A model generated the notes under the pieces. The model worked only from the letters and a program-made list of their open reading frames with translations. It did no database searches and was not told where the DNA came from. A DNA stretch of 64,000 bases. Origin: Macrostomum lignano. Lineage: Eukaryota. The translations under genes and the position numbers were made by a program. The DNA lies in assembly GCA_002269645.1 (NCBI GenBank), contig NIVC01003589.1, forward strand, positions 1 through 64,000, read 5' to 3'. Positions 49,885 to 61,651 of this stretch are shown one piece after another. The stretch's first letter is position 1. Each line of letters begins with the position of its first letter.

Positions 49885-51461
49885 CTAGAGGCCCGGGCCA
49901 TCAAGGAGACTTGGACAGCAAATCGTCCTCGTCCCAGGCCGTTGGGGCTTGACTGGGAGATGGGAGTTGGTCGACGTCCATTGCCTCCTCACCCCCACCA
50001 GCCCCCCCCCCTCAGCAGAGTCCTCAGGCTCCGATTGACAGGATGGAGGAAGCTTCCTCATCTGCATCTTTGCCTTCAGACCCCACCAGGGTGGCCGAGG
50101 AGAGCTCGGATTCCGAAGACCCGGCCTCGTCCTCAACTCCTTCTCCGGCTGGCAGGTTCGGTTCTCGGGGCTTGGCCGGAGCCGTTACCGCGGTGGCCGA
50201 ACTGCTGCTAGCAGAGGGGCGAGATGCAGCTTTGGCTTTGGGATCGGCTTGCGCCTTTCCTTGGGCCTTAGACTGCGCCCGCTCTTGCCGGAGATGCCGG
50301 GGTTGGCAGAAGCCCTCCCTTTGGCAGACTTTCCTCGGCGCATCTTGAGCTTGAGGGCACCCAGCTTGAAAGAGGATCCATCAGGGTACCGACTCGCCCA
50401 AGCGTTGGAAAGGCCGAGGACAATTGAGTTGCCCGTCTCCCCCCTGCGGACTTTGCGGTGATACACCAGTCCACTAGCAGGGAGGTCGGGTTCAGACGCA
50501 GTAGGACCCGGCGGATAACGTCAGGTCCAGCTGCGGCGCTTTTAGCAGGGACAAACACCACATAGGGTATTGTCTTTGGACGCTGGCCTTCGCGAAGAAA
50601 AAGAGCTCCGCCAAGGTCAGCATCCAAGGAGACCGTCAGAAGCCGCTGGAGCAGCTGCTGAGCATCCTCCTCACTGCTGGGAGCAATAAAAACGAATGTG
50701 CTTCGCAGCACCATCCGCTCGATGCCGATGGAGATTCCCTCCTCGACAGTCAGCTCAATCAGATAGGAGTCAACAGCACTCCACACTTTTTGAAGCTGAC
50801 TAGTGGTCCAGTCCTGGTCGCGACCTTGAATGATCACTCCCGGGATTTTGGCCTTGGCCTTCGCCGCAAAGGTAGCTCCTTGTTGGCAAGGAACCTGGTT
50901 GTTGCTGCTGGTTGTTGGTTGTTGGTTGTTGCCAAGAAACCTCCTTGTTGGCAGTGGCCATTTGTTGCGCCGTGGTTTTGGCCTCAGCAGCCGCAGCAGC
51001 ATCTCCAGGGAGCGCCGCCGCTGAACTACTGGAGCTTCCACCGGCCGGCCCGTCTGGTTGCTTTGGGACGCCAGTCGCTTCAGTATTCATGCTGGACGCC
51101 GCCGCTTTGGCCCCTGCAGCTCCCTTCTTGGCCTGCCTTTTGGCGCGTTGCTTAGCGCGTTTGCGCTCAAGCCGAGCCCGCTGAGCTTCGTCGGATCTGC
51201 CAGATTTGGCCGGTCCTTTAGGCTCAGAGCTCGCGGTTCCCTTAGATCCACCAGCAGAGCTGGCAGGTCTTTGGGTACTTTGAGTTTGGTAGCTCTGGTC
51301 GGATCTGCCAGCAGAGCCAGCCGGTCCTTCCTTTGCCACAGATGAATCAGTCGGTTGGGATCTGCCAGCATGGCCGGCCGGTCCTTCGGACTGAGGTTGG
51401 GGTTTAGAAGGGTCCCCGTCCCTAGAAATAGGGTTTTATCCATAGTCGGCTCGAAGGCCAT
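49885..51461 (-). pseudogene. ORF1 of LINE B-1, frameshifted
   Basis: ORF pieces 51087-51461, 50800-51339, 50268-51041 and 49885-50136; distant similarity to the 41989 ORF1. Confidence 0.75.
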
Positions 51462-51982
51462 GATAAAGGTTGGTGGGCTACCCTCGAAGGGGCGCGGTAC
51501 CCACCCGGCCGCTCCACCTGACCGGGCAGTAGGCCAAAAAAACCCTCAAGGCTGGCCCGACACCAGGAGGGGGACCGCTTGCGACCGGACTACTCCCCAG
51601 CCTTCCAACCCATCGGTACGGTCGAAAACCTTAGGCATTAGATTTACCCCGTTGAGCAGTACCACAGCCTGCGGATTGGCGAGCCAGACCCGCATACCCA
51701 AGTTCGGCAAAAGCCACTGGATGGGTCACCAGCGCCGGTGCCCAGTCTGTCCAGCAGCCCTAGGGTCTGCCTTGAACACACGCGGGTACGAGTACCCTAG
51801 GTCGACTTGCGAGACAGCGTGGGGGGGGTCTGCGGCTGCCAGAGGCAAATAGAGGGTGCAGACGTCCCACCAGCCTTGACCTGCTGAAAATAGGGGCAGG
51901 CGTGAAGCATCGCAGACCTTAGCGCATGGGCCTAGTCAGTCTCATACTTCAGTGGCATGCTGAATACGCCTTCGCGCGCCTC

Positions 51983-53406
51983 GTTTTTGAGTTTGAGTTT
52001 CTGGCATGATTGAGCATTCGAAATCAGCATATACAACAAATGGGAGCTTCTCTATTTTGTGATATTTCTTAAACCGGAGATACTTCTCTTCAGCTGAAGG
52101 AAGAGAGCAGTTGGTTGGGTGATCTTCACAGGATAATTCATGCTCTGCTAGTTTTTCAAAGCGCTCAGGTCCACTGTAATGTTTAGGGCACAAGCGGCAG
52201 ATGGCAACAGCCTCGTGATGATTATTCAACTGCTTGTGAATGAGTCTTGAAAGATCTTTAATCCAAACATAGTGAGCCTCCTCTAGTAAATTACCAATCA
52301 CTAGAAGATCCACTTCAGTCCGCCTTTTCCCCTCGGGATCTAAAACGTCTTTGCTACATCTGACCGGTTGAACTATCTTAGTTTTTTTCACTCCACTCAA
52401 AGACTGTGATTCTAATTTTGTTATTAAACACTTCTTCTAGCTTTGGGATCTGAGAGATCGCCAAGCCTCCTTTGTCAAACCTGATTCTCTTCTTTTCGCA
52501 TTTATTGAGATGGCAGTGTTGAAATAATTTTGATAAATTGTAGTTCTTTTGGGGTGTGTGAAGGACACTATCATGAAGAAGTGCAGAAAGAACTGCCCAT
52601 AGAGCACAGCAATTGTCTTTATTTTTAACATTTATGCAAGCTTTTTTACCGGCTAGCTTATGCGGGAGCTCTATATAAGAGGAGGCTTTAAGTGGGTCAT
52701 ATTTCATGACCATGACAGTCGCTCTTTGAATCCCTCCTACGACCCATCCGGAACCTCTGGATGTAAACGCTTCAATTTTCTTATTGACATCTTGAAGGAA
52801 AGGATCCAGTGTGTCTGTAGGGGTGAATGGCTTTGCCTTTGTTGTCATGTAATACTCGAGATGCTCAGTGGGTTTTGCAGGCATATAAAACGCAATCTTG
52901 AATGATATCTGTAGTTTAAAAGTCTTGCGTGTTTTGAGTGTGTGATCAACAACTGATTGGATGCTGTCTTTATAGTTGTAGATTTTTGCGGTGGTATCCT
53001 TAATTGGGATTGTGTACTCTATGTAATGTTCTGTAAACTTCCTCTGTGCAAAATTGATCTCTTCAGTGGCAATCTCCGACTCTTTTAATTGGATTAATTG
53101 CTCTAATTTCTCTTGTTCCTGCTTATTTTGTGGGTACTTTGCTTTTTCACCAGTGAGAGTTTCGTATTTGTTAACTAAGTTGCGACTCCTCTCTTTGTGT
53201 TTCTTTTGCAGGACTTTTTATAGGCGCATACTGGTTGAATTCTAATTGATTGATGATTTCCAACTGTTTTTCATAGCTTCCCAGGTGACCAGGGTCGGTG
53301 TTAAACTTTATTACATACTTCTCTCAGTAAATTACTTTTTTTGAAATGAGACGCCTTTTGAAAAATAATTGTTGACTAAATCTTTTGCTGGATTGGCTTT
53401 TGGCAT
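51983..53406 (-). pseudogene. polB: pPolB of the outer family A copy, N-terminal part
   Basis: Near-identical to 28659-30070; ATG at 53406. Confidence 0.92.
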
Positions 53407-53547
53407 TTTTTCTCTAAAATATAAAAAAATTTTGAGGGTGACCACCCTGATAGAAAAGTTGAACTGTTTCTACATTCTATAAGTAGTATTAGGTTTATGA
53501 AGCTGGATATAGTGGGGTTTTAAAGCTCATCACATTCACATTCACAT

Positions 53548-53960
53548 TCACATCCGCATTATTGTAAACCCAGCATTGTGCAGTGTCATAATGGATTTGA
53601 CAATGTCAGATTTGCTTACAGAATTTTCATGCTCACAATCATCACGATCATCACGATCATCAAAATCAGGGCACCCATCTCTTGCCTGAATTGTTATACG
53701 TTTGTCTCTTGCAATCTTTTGCAATTCAAGCTGGTGGGCCCTATCATTACCAGCTTTAACAGCAGTTGCTACACCTCCAGCTACACCACCTGCGGCACTT
53801 ACAGCGCCTGCAATGATTGGGATAAGAGCTGCTAATGGTAGGATTCCTCCTGACTCATCTATAGCATCACATCTGTGATGCTGTGTCTTTGCTCATTACA
53901 CTGAACTATTTGCTGCACGGGATCGATTTTTACTTTGGCACCTTTAATTGATAAAAGACC
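53548..53960 (-). pseudogene. pX-like core protein, N-terminus removed by the deletion that also removed the integrase
   Basis: Homologous to ~28123-28517; joined directly to the AT-rich PLA2 upstream region. Confidence 0.75.
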
Positions 53961-53986
53961 TTTAATATTTTATTTTAAATAAAATA

Positions 53987-54480
53987 ATGCAGCGCTCTGG
54001 TGGTAACTTAGACTCACATGGACTGATAGAAAAGCTTCCTCATCCAAACAAAGGCTGGACAATTCCCGGCTACAAATATTGCGGGCCTTTGAATCCACTT
54101 GAAATACAGTTAGATAAAAACAATAATCCAAATCCTGGGCATGAGCCTGTGAACGAGCTAGACTCTGTCTGCATGTGGCACGACGTTAAGTATAGGGATA
54201 TTTCAGAGGAGAAGAATCGCTGGGACAAAGAAATGCTTAGGAGATGATACAATATGGGAACTTCAAGCGGGTGGAGGGAATCGATCGCTCGGAAGCTAGT
54301 TAAAGCTGTTATTTTTGGTAAGATAAAGTTGGGGTTGGGGATTTGCGCCGAGGGCGGGTGAACGGGGAGAGAGGGCGGGTGCAAGGGGAGAGAGGGCGGA
54401 GGCTCGGGAGCAGGGTTTATTTTGTGCGCTTCTAACAAGGAACTGCGAAGACTTTTGAAAGATGTGGGGGTAGAGAGAGG
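53987..54480 (+). pseudogene. PLA2-domain protein, premature stop at 54245
   Basis: Copy of 26484-26975. Confidence 0.78.
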
Positions 54481-54911
54481 CGCTTGAGACGGGAAGGGTT
54501 TAACTATTATTCTCAGCCTTTGCCAAACGCGACAGCTGCATTTAAAAAGTTTAGAAGCAGATGGAGGTATGTGGTTGATCGACTGCTATTTGCTGAGGGA
54601 ACGTAGCCCTCTAGTGGATTTCGCTTTGCTATGAATTTTTTCAACACAATCTTAGGAATGGAAAAAGTGGGGTTGGGAGTCTTTGCTCGTTTTGCTGGTG
54701 TTAGGTGCTTGCAGAGAGAGGGTGGGGGGTGGCTTGATCGATCGATTGCAACAGCTAGCAACAGAAAGTTCGCGTACATGTAGATATGTACATTTGAAAA
54801 CGTTTTTAGCTCTATATCTTCACTCGCATTATGCACTGAGAAACAGAAGCAACGGATTATAGTTTTTTATGTGTAACTACTTTACGCTTCTGCTGCTCTA
54901 CCGAAACCGAA

Positions 54912-55508
54912 ATGGCTTCTAGTTCGCCTATGGATGTCGATTGGCGTATAAAGCTGTCTGGCGAAACAGCGAAACGGAGACTATGCGAGGTCTTATCTGA
55001 GACTTTAGCAGAAATCAAGGATCCAGTTAGAGCTGCGGAGAAAAGACAAAAGATCGCAGAATTTTTCGGGCTTAACGAAGAGTCGCTGCAAATGGAAGTC
55101 CTCACTCTAACGCGGCGGCAGATGAAGGAGGCGAGCGATCGCAAGGCGGCGCTTGATGCAAAGCGGCGAGATAAGCGCAAAGAAGACTTCAAACAGAAGC
55201 TCATCGCCTCACGAATTCCCCAAGCGGATGTTGGGAACCCTGCCGGTGATGAAGGCGGTGATGTGGTAGAGCGTCTGCAGTGCGCTCTGCTTCGTCTGAA
55301 AAGGTCGCAGAAGAGTGGTCTGCATCATGCGCTCCAATGTGGAAAAATCTTGTTGAAATTTAAAGCCAGTAACAAAAAATACGCTAGAAAGGCACGAAAA
55401 CAGCATTATGACTATCTTCTTGCTCGAGTTAGCCTCAAGGTTTCATCAGCAAATCTTTATATGAAGTTTTTTAAGCTGAAAAGTGGAACGCTAATATGTC
55501 AATATTAG
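54912..55508 (+). CDS. 198-aa helical protein, distant homolog of ORF 23666 (possibly C-terminally frameshifted)
   Basis: ALQCGKILL...Y..L...L....NLYMK aligns with LQLGRIFL...NFLMK. Confidence 0.6.
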   Translation: MASSSPMDVDWRIKLSGETAKRRLCEVLSETLAEIKDPVRAAEKRQKIAEFFGLNEESLQMEVLTLTRRQMKEASDRKAALDAKRRDKRKEDFKQKLIASRIPQADVGNPAGDEGGDVVERLQCALLRLKRSQKSGLHHALQCGKILLKFKASNKKYARKARKQHYDYLLARVSLKVSSANLYMKFFKLKSGTLICQY

Positions 55509-55562
55509 TTGAAATCCTTGAGGATGATCAGTCATGGAAGCAACTTGTTTGAAAAATAGACA

Positions 55563-55840
55563 CTCTAGCCTGCTTCGGATTGGTCAGAAAAAGCCAACGC
55601 GTTGGCTTTTTTTCCTTTTGCAAGAGCAAACGAAAGATTTTTTATAGAAAGCGCTAGCCTGCTTCGGTTTGGTCAGAAAAAGCCAACGCGTTGGCATTTT
55701 TCCTATTGCAGAACACAAGAGAGAAATAGTTGTAAATGGTATAGTAATAATTTTTTTGTAAAATAATTTTGTAGTATACGGACGCTCTAGCTTGTTTTCG
55801 ATTAGCCAGAAAAGGCTAACGCGTTAACATTTTTCCTATT
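55563..55840. repeat. Three ~55-bp repeats containing the 24-bp palindrome aaaaagccaacgcgttggcttttt
   Basis: Copies at ~55563 (perfect palindrome 55588-55611), ~55654 and ~55785 (degenerate). Confidence 0.88.
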
Positions 55841-56066
55841 GTGGCACCAGCTGTTTGTGACATGTTATTTCGGATATGCTATTTACTCAATTTCCTAAAT
55901 AAAATGTAACGGACGCAATCTTACAATCAGCTTTGCTGATATTTATTCAAACGAGTTTGTCCATGTGTTGATTTATTCTTGAAATGGTAATTAGCACCTG
56001 GATCCAGGCGAATCGCCTGATCTAATTTTTGAATAAGCCAAAAGACTTTATTCCGCATTATCCAAA

Positions 56067-56794
56067 GGAGGACAGATGTTGGTAGAGAAACCAAATCCGG
56101 TGAAAAGAGTTGTATTGAGTAATAAGGAGATTCACGAGATTGTGATACAATTTGAGACTGAAGATGGGGTGGGTGTTGATTTCAACGGTGAAGAGTTTGT
56201 ATTGACGTTGATCATTGAGAGAATGTAAGAAATCACAATTGCCTAATGATTTCTGCAAAGTTATAGTAGCTGTCGTAATCTTTTACGTATGTTACTCCGT
56301 ATTTAAGAAACCAGTGTCTTTGGAGAGCTAGATTAATATTAGGGACATTGATATCAACGCCGGGCCAATATTTTCTCATGTACTCACTGCATTCCTTCTT
56401 GCACTGGTACTTACTCTTGTAATTAGGCTCGTGCGCTTTGTAATAAGAACCTGGAGAGACAACTGGAAACATTTTTAGAGAAAATTTATTTTTTTCAAAG
56501 GGTAAGGACCCTAGGTTTGGGGATTTTAAGTTTTAGGGATCTGGTTTCGCCGCTTCGCATTGCGAATTGAATGTGGGGAGAAGAATGCAGATTATTTTCT
56601 GATTGTTTCGAAGATGCTATGGGTGGATGTCAGTGGATTATGTCAGTGTCAGTGAGCATAACAAGTGTCCACAGTGAGCATAACAGGTATCAGTGGACAC
56701 CTGCTCTGATTCTGTCAGGGATAATATGGATGGATTTAAAAGGATTATAGAGGACGTGAAAAACTGTCCCAGAAGCTCCCTCATGCATTCTACT
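56067..56794 (-). repeat. Right TIR of the outer copy (1 VNTR unit)
   Basis: Ends catgcattctact followed by TSD caagct. Confidence 0.92.
56233..56472 (-). CDS. 79-aa TIR-encoded protein
   Basis: Copy of 14023-14262. Confidence 0.65.
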   Translation of the reverse strand: MFPVVSPGSYYKAHEPNYKSKYQCKKECSEYMRKYWPGVDINVPNINLALQRHWFLKYGVTYVKDYDSYYNFAEIIRQL

Positions 56795-57845
56795 CAAGCT
56801 CGGCTATGTGCTTCATCATCGAGCTTTGCGCCTCTACTTGGAGTTGGGTTTGCGAGTCACGCGAGTTCGTCGGGCCATTGGATTCACAGAGAAGCCTATT
56901 CTACGCAAGTATATTAATCATAATATTGCTCGTCGTGTGGCAGCTAAAACCGAGTTCGAGAAGGACTTTTTCAAGCTGCTAAACAATGCCCTGTTTGGAA
57001 AATTCCTTCAGCGCTTTCGAGATCGCTTGACTTATTGAATGTGCTCTTCGCCAGAAAAATTGGAGACCTATATTTCGCGAGAGGAATTCTTGGATGTGAA
57101 AATTTACACTGAATTTTTGGCCAGTGTCAGTTTGTCTCCTCGGCGTGGTGCTCAACAAACCGATAATCATTGGTGCATCAATTCTGGATATTGCCAAAAC
57201 GATTGTATACAGTTTTTATTACAATCATGTACAGGTGAGCAGTAGGGGAATTTTTTGGATTTTGGGTTTGCTCTATTCTACTGCTGCTGCTGCTTTGATT
57301 TTAGGTGCACCGGTCACTTGCTTGTGCTCGCGTACTTGGCGGTGATACAGACAGTCTGATGATGGCTCTTATAATGCGGAATCCTGCTTAGACGCCTTAC
57401 GAGACACTGTTCAAAGATTTGGCTGCACAATGCCTATTGGACACTAGTAACTACCCTCCAACACACAGTCTGTACTCGCTTGCACACAAAAGGAAAATTG
57501 CTCGCATGGAAAGACGAGTTTTGCGGACGTCTTCCGTTGGAGTTGGCTTTTCTTCGGCCCAAGAACTACTCTTTTCTGCATTGCACTGCTGAGGGGACAG
57601 TTGGTCAAGTGTCTCGGTCCAAGGGAGTATGCAAGGCTGTTGCTCGGACTCTGAAGCATACTGCTTACTTGCAAGTAATAGCCGATCGACGTTTGCACTA
57701 TGTTACATTGCAAACAATTACGTCGCGCAAGCAGCTCGTGTTCTCGCTGAGTCAGCGCAAGCAAGCGTTGGGTTACTTTGACACTAAACGTGCCTGGACC
57801 AGCGATCTGGCGTCTCTACCGTTTGGTCACTGGCGACTTGACTGA
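56795..57845 (+). pseudogene. polB: pPolB of the family B element, C-terminal part
   Basis: YVLHHRAL, FKLLNNALFGK, NKPIIIGASILD, GGDTDS, KDEFCG, LRPKNYS, DTKR, LPFGHW. Confidence 0.92.
57235..57304 (+). other. Putative 70-nt spliceosomal intron in pPolB
   Basis: CAG|GTGAG ... ttttag|G; removal joins YNHVQ to VHRSLACARVLGGDTDSL in frame. Confidence 0.7.
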
Positions 57846-58196
57846 TGTTTGGTTTTATTAATTATTTACTGACTAGTGTGGACTTTGTTTTTTGAACAAT
57901 AGATGTGATGTTTAGTTGTTAATAACAGAAGTAATCTTGTTGTAAATTTCGCTATTTTAAAAAATAAGAATCTTATATAGGGTGTAATAAGCAAACTAAA
58001 ACTAAGAGGATTAGAGCCATAGTTAGTTAGCTACGAGCGTGGAGAAATGAAGAAGCCCTACAAGTTAAAGCCGTTAGTTTTTGTAGAGATAGAAGAAGAC
58101 GAGGGTTATATGCCACCCCCACAGACACCCCAGCCAACAAGTAGAAAATTGATTTTTCCTCATTCTTCGCAACTTTAAGCCACCACAGCAACTACA

Positions 58197-58469
58197 ATGG
58201 AATCAACGCAACAGAGAGCTGCTGGTCAGACAACTAATAATGCCAAACAATCGACCTCGCCGAAACGTCTGCCTGCGCTATTGCAAGTGAAGCGGTTGCG
58301 GGAGTGTGCCGTACTTCCTCTGCGCCAGACCAGAGGTTCGGTAGGCTATGATTTGTCTGCTATCGAGAGCAGACTTCTTCCTGCTCACGACCGAGTAGTG
58401 CTACCGCTCGGGATCACTATCCGGGTTCCGGAGGGCCCCTACGGGCGCATTGCTCTTGACAACTCTTGA
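58197..58469 (+). pseudogene. dut: dUTPase, truncated after motif 2
   Basis: LQVKRL...P...GSVGYDLSA...LGITIRVPEGPYGRIA, then (ctcttgacaa)x3 and a stop. Confidence 0.85.
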
Positions 58470-58576
58470 CAAATCTTGACAACTCTTGACAACAAGAACA
58501 AGAAGAATAGGAAACAAAATCGGCTTCCAGTCAAACTGCTTCCAAAAACCGTTGCCGCCGCCGTCGCAGCCCACCC

Positions 58577-58924
58577 GTGCAGTCTGTTGGAAAGCAACTA
58601 GGATTTGGAATAGTAAACTGGTTAATCAACCATTTGCCTGTTGAGGTCCACGTACTCGGCTACCGTTTCTGTGGTCCCGGAACCCGCCTACGCCAGCGTT
58701 CATCGGAGGGACAGCGCGGGGTTAATCGCCTTGATGATCTGTGTCTCATCCACGACTTGGCCTATTCGAAGCACAAGGGGGTGAAGGAACGCTTGGAGGC
58801 AGACCGGGTTCTAGAAACCGGTGCCCGTGAAATTGCACAAGATCCAAACACCCCTTTCGGTGAAAAGGTTACTGCCAAGATGGTATCGAAAATTATGTCC
58901 TTGAAACAGAAACTGAGTGCCTAA
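58577..58924 (+). CDS. PLA2-domain protein, family B
   Basis: GYRFCGPGT; VNRLDDLCLIHDLAYS. Confidence 0.8.
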   Translation: MQSVGKQLGFGIVNWLINHLPVEVHVLGYRFCGPGTRLRQRSSEGQRGVNRLDDLCLIHDLAYSKHKGVKERLEADRVLETGAREIAQDPNTPFGEKVTAKMVSKIMSLKQKLSA

Positions 58925-59394
58925 TATGACTGCTGCAACGCCGGAGACATTCAACTTGCAATTGACAGACGATTCCTTGTGTGACGAGTTTATTTAGTTC
59001 GAGAACATGGGACTAATGCGCGTGCACGTGCTGAGTCTTAGTGCTAATCTTTTCATAGGCCAATATACGTATTATTAATTTAACCGCTCAATTGCTAGTC
59101 TGAATAATGGCGGATAGGTCAGAACAGTATGGCAATGCCAACTATTTACCAAAGGGTAATCTGAGACGTCAAAATAATGCTAATGCCACTAAGCCTACGG
59201 GAGCTAAGACCACACACAGCGCGCGCGCACCCACACCAAAACTTTCAAGAATCAAAATTTGAATAACCGCACTAATTGAAAATTAGATAAACAAAATTAA
59301 ACTAAATGGGAAAGTAACTTAAAATAGTTATAGAAATTAGACCAAAATAAATATAGTTTTAAATATTAATTGCAAACAAACCTTAAATACGAAA

Positions 59395-60099
59395 TTGAGC
59401 ATTTTCAATACAGAAGCGACGACGTTACACTTGTTCATTATTGCTGGCGCAGCGATGTCTGGCAAAACCGAGTGGACCTTGCGAGTCTTGAAGGAACGCC
59501 AGGCGATGTTTGACAAGGCTCCAAAACGTCTAGTTTGGTGTCATGGGACCGATTTGTCAGCGATGGAGCAGCAACGTATTCGAACGTTTTGGCTAGACGG
59601 AGGCAACAGTCCAATTCACTTTGTTAGAGGATTTCCAGACACGCTGGTTAGCCAACTTCAGGAGCACGATTTCGTGGTAGTGGACGATTTACAAAGCGAA
59701 GTTGCTAAATCTACAGCCTTGACTGGCATGTTCCCAAAATATGCACATCGTATACCCTTAACGTATGTGTACCTTTGCCAAAATCTATTTAATCGGTCGG
59801 ATCCAGAGGCGCGAACTCAGAGTCTATCAGCTAGTTATATTTGTCTCATGAGGAGTGTGCGAGACCGATCTGCCGTTTAACATTTGAGTCAGCAAATGCT
59901 CAGTCGGGGCAGTAAATTCTTGGTTCGTACCTACGAGGACGCCACTGATAACAAACCGCATAGCTATCTGTTCATTGATTTGCGACAGAAAACACCCGAC
60001 TTTTTGCATTTTCGAACTGGAATTTTTCCGGGCGACAAGCACATTGTTTACAACAGGGCTTCGGAAATGGGTGATGCTTTTTTACCTCTTATAAGCTAA
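59395..60099 (+). pseudogene. Packaging ATPase, family B (TAA at 59878)
   Basis: AGAAMSGKT, VVVDDL, YLCQNLF, HSYLFIDL, RTGIF. Confidence 0.88.
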
Positions 60100-60144
60100 G
60101 GAGTTAACAAGAACCGTGCTCGGATTCGGATTCGGATTTAGAGA

Positions 60145-61136
60145 ATGAGTTTTTACGTCTTTTTGTCCTCAAACGACAAATATTACTCGGACAATAGTCC
60201 GAACGATTTAATGGTACGACTTAAAGAACCTCTCCACTTGGCTCCAAATGGTATCGGATCGTACGAGGTAGCTCTGGTTGAATTGCTTTGCCAAGGTGCG
60301 GTTGTAGCAACGAGCGGTAATCGAGCTCGGCGATTTGAAGTGCCCTACTTTGCAGATATTTTTCAAATTCTTAAAAGCACCTCAAACTACTCTGACGCGT
60401 TTGGGAGGACGTTGATTTGGAAGCTTATGTTTCGTGGAAACCAAATGACGAAAAAAGTAAGATGGTGTGGGTTCTACACAATGCTGGAAAGAAGACTTTG
60501 TCGGTAGAACTTCCCAAGCATTTCATGCTGATGAACTATTTTGCAAAGTGGAAAAAGATTGCGAGAACGAGTGAGCCGGAGAGCACCGACCTGGAATCTC
60601 CCGATGGTGACTACAAAGATTTTATCGAGAGCATGGGTGAGGTTACTGAGCTCTTCCCGGAAGAGTGGTTGAGCTTTGAGTGCGTTCTTGATCCTGGGGA
60701 GAGCTTGCATCTGGTCAGTGATAAGAGCCTCTACACCGAGCGCAGTTCTTCTACTACATGGAACAGTGTGTATTCATACTGGAAAAAGAATAAGACGTGG
60801 CGTTTTCATAAGACCTACTTAGATACAAGTGGCACCAGCGCATCAATCAGTACTAAGACCGTTTACATGTACTGCTACACTGACATAGTCGAGTACCAAG
60901 CTGTGGGGAGTACTTCTGTTCCCTTGCTACGCGTTGTTGAACTTCAGCAGAGGAAAGATGGTGAGCTCGTGCGTGATAGTAGTGCTCTTCAGACACCACA
61001 CTACTTGAAAACTAGTCGTCTACTTGTTTCGGAGATTAGCATCCGGCTTTGTGATCAGCGGGGGCAAGCGTTGAATTTTTGCCCTGGAGCTCATGTAGTT
61101 ACTGTGTTGCATTTTCGACGGCGCTCGGATTTATAA
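60145..61136 (+). pseudogene. Minor capsid (penton) protein, family B, frameshifted near 60420
   Basis: MSFYVFLSSN...YEVALVEL; YCYTDIVEYQAVG..VPLLRVV; ISIRLCDQRG..LNF..VTVLHFR. Confidence 0.85.
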
Positions 61137-61225
61137 GCAAACGTTGACTTCTTTTTTATTCTAACAATGTTCCGACTTGGACAACTGCGGCTGCGACTCT
61201 GTGTGTGTTGAGGCCCTATCCAGAG

Positions 61226-61600
61226 AATCTCGGAAAAAGCTAAGCGAAGTGCCACTTCTCTATCCCGCTGTGCGAATATTTTAAAGATTGTTACGCGGCT
61301 TGGTAATCAGATTCAGCGAAAAAAGTTTCTACAAACGCTCACGTCGCCCGAAGTGAGGTGTTTGGTTGAATTGCTGCTAAATATTGTCAATCGCCGTGTA
61401 CCGATCTCTCCATGCGACAAAAAGCGGCTTAAGAAACACGCCGAGTATATACGCCAACTGGTGGATCGAAAAAAGCTTTAAGTAAAAAGAAGAAAATTAT
61501 TGTCCAGCACGGGGGATTTCTTCCTTTCCTGGCCCCAATTATGGCCACGCTACCAACTATAGCGACTGCATTGGGAATTACATCTGGTGGCGCAGGAACC
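61226..61600 (+). pseudogene. Basic core-protein-like Polinton gene, degenerate
   Basis: RKKFLQ...LVELLLNIV.RRVPIS..DKKRLKKH..YIRQL..K..KRRKLL; contains a stop. Confidence 0.55.
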
Positions 61601-61651
61601 GCCGCTGGTACAGCAAATTTAATTCGAGCAATTCAAACAAAATAGTGCCTG

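Larger units (their letters stand above)
40295..51863 (-). mobile_element. Full-length but degenerate LINE (family B-1), split by LINE B-2
   Basis: 5' UTR at 51470-51861, ORF1 and APE-RT-RNase H fragments, tail gctaagtcaagtaagtcaa at 40295; ICNATRS joins TPFAGMG across the B-2 insertion. Confidence 0.9.

Noticed and set aside
58925-59394. Possible capsid gene or host exon in family B
   Set aside because: AT-rich, no sustained ORF or recognisable motif.
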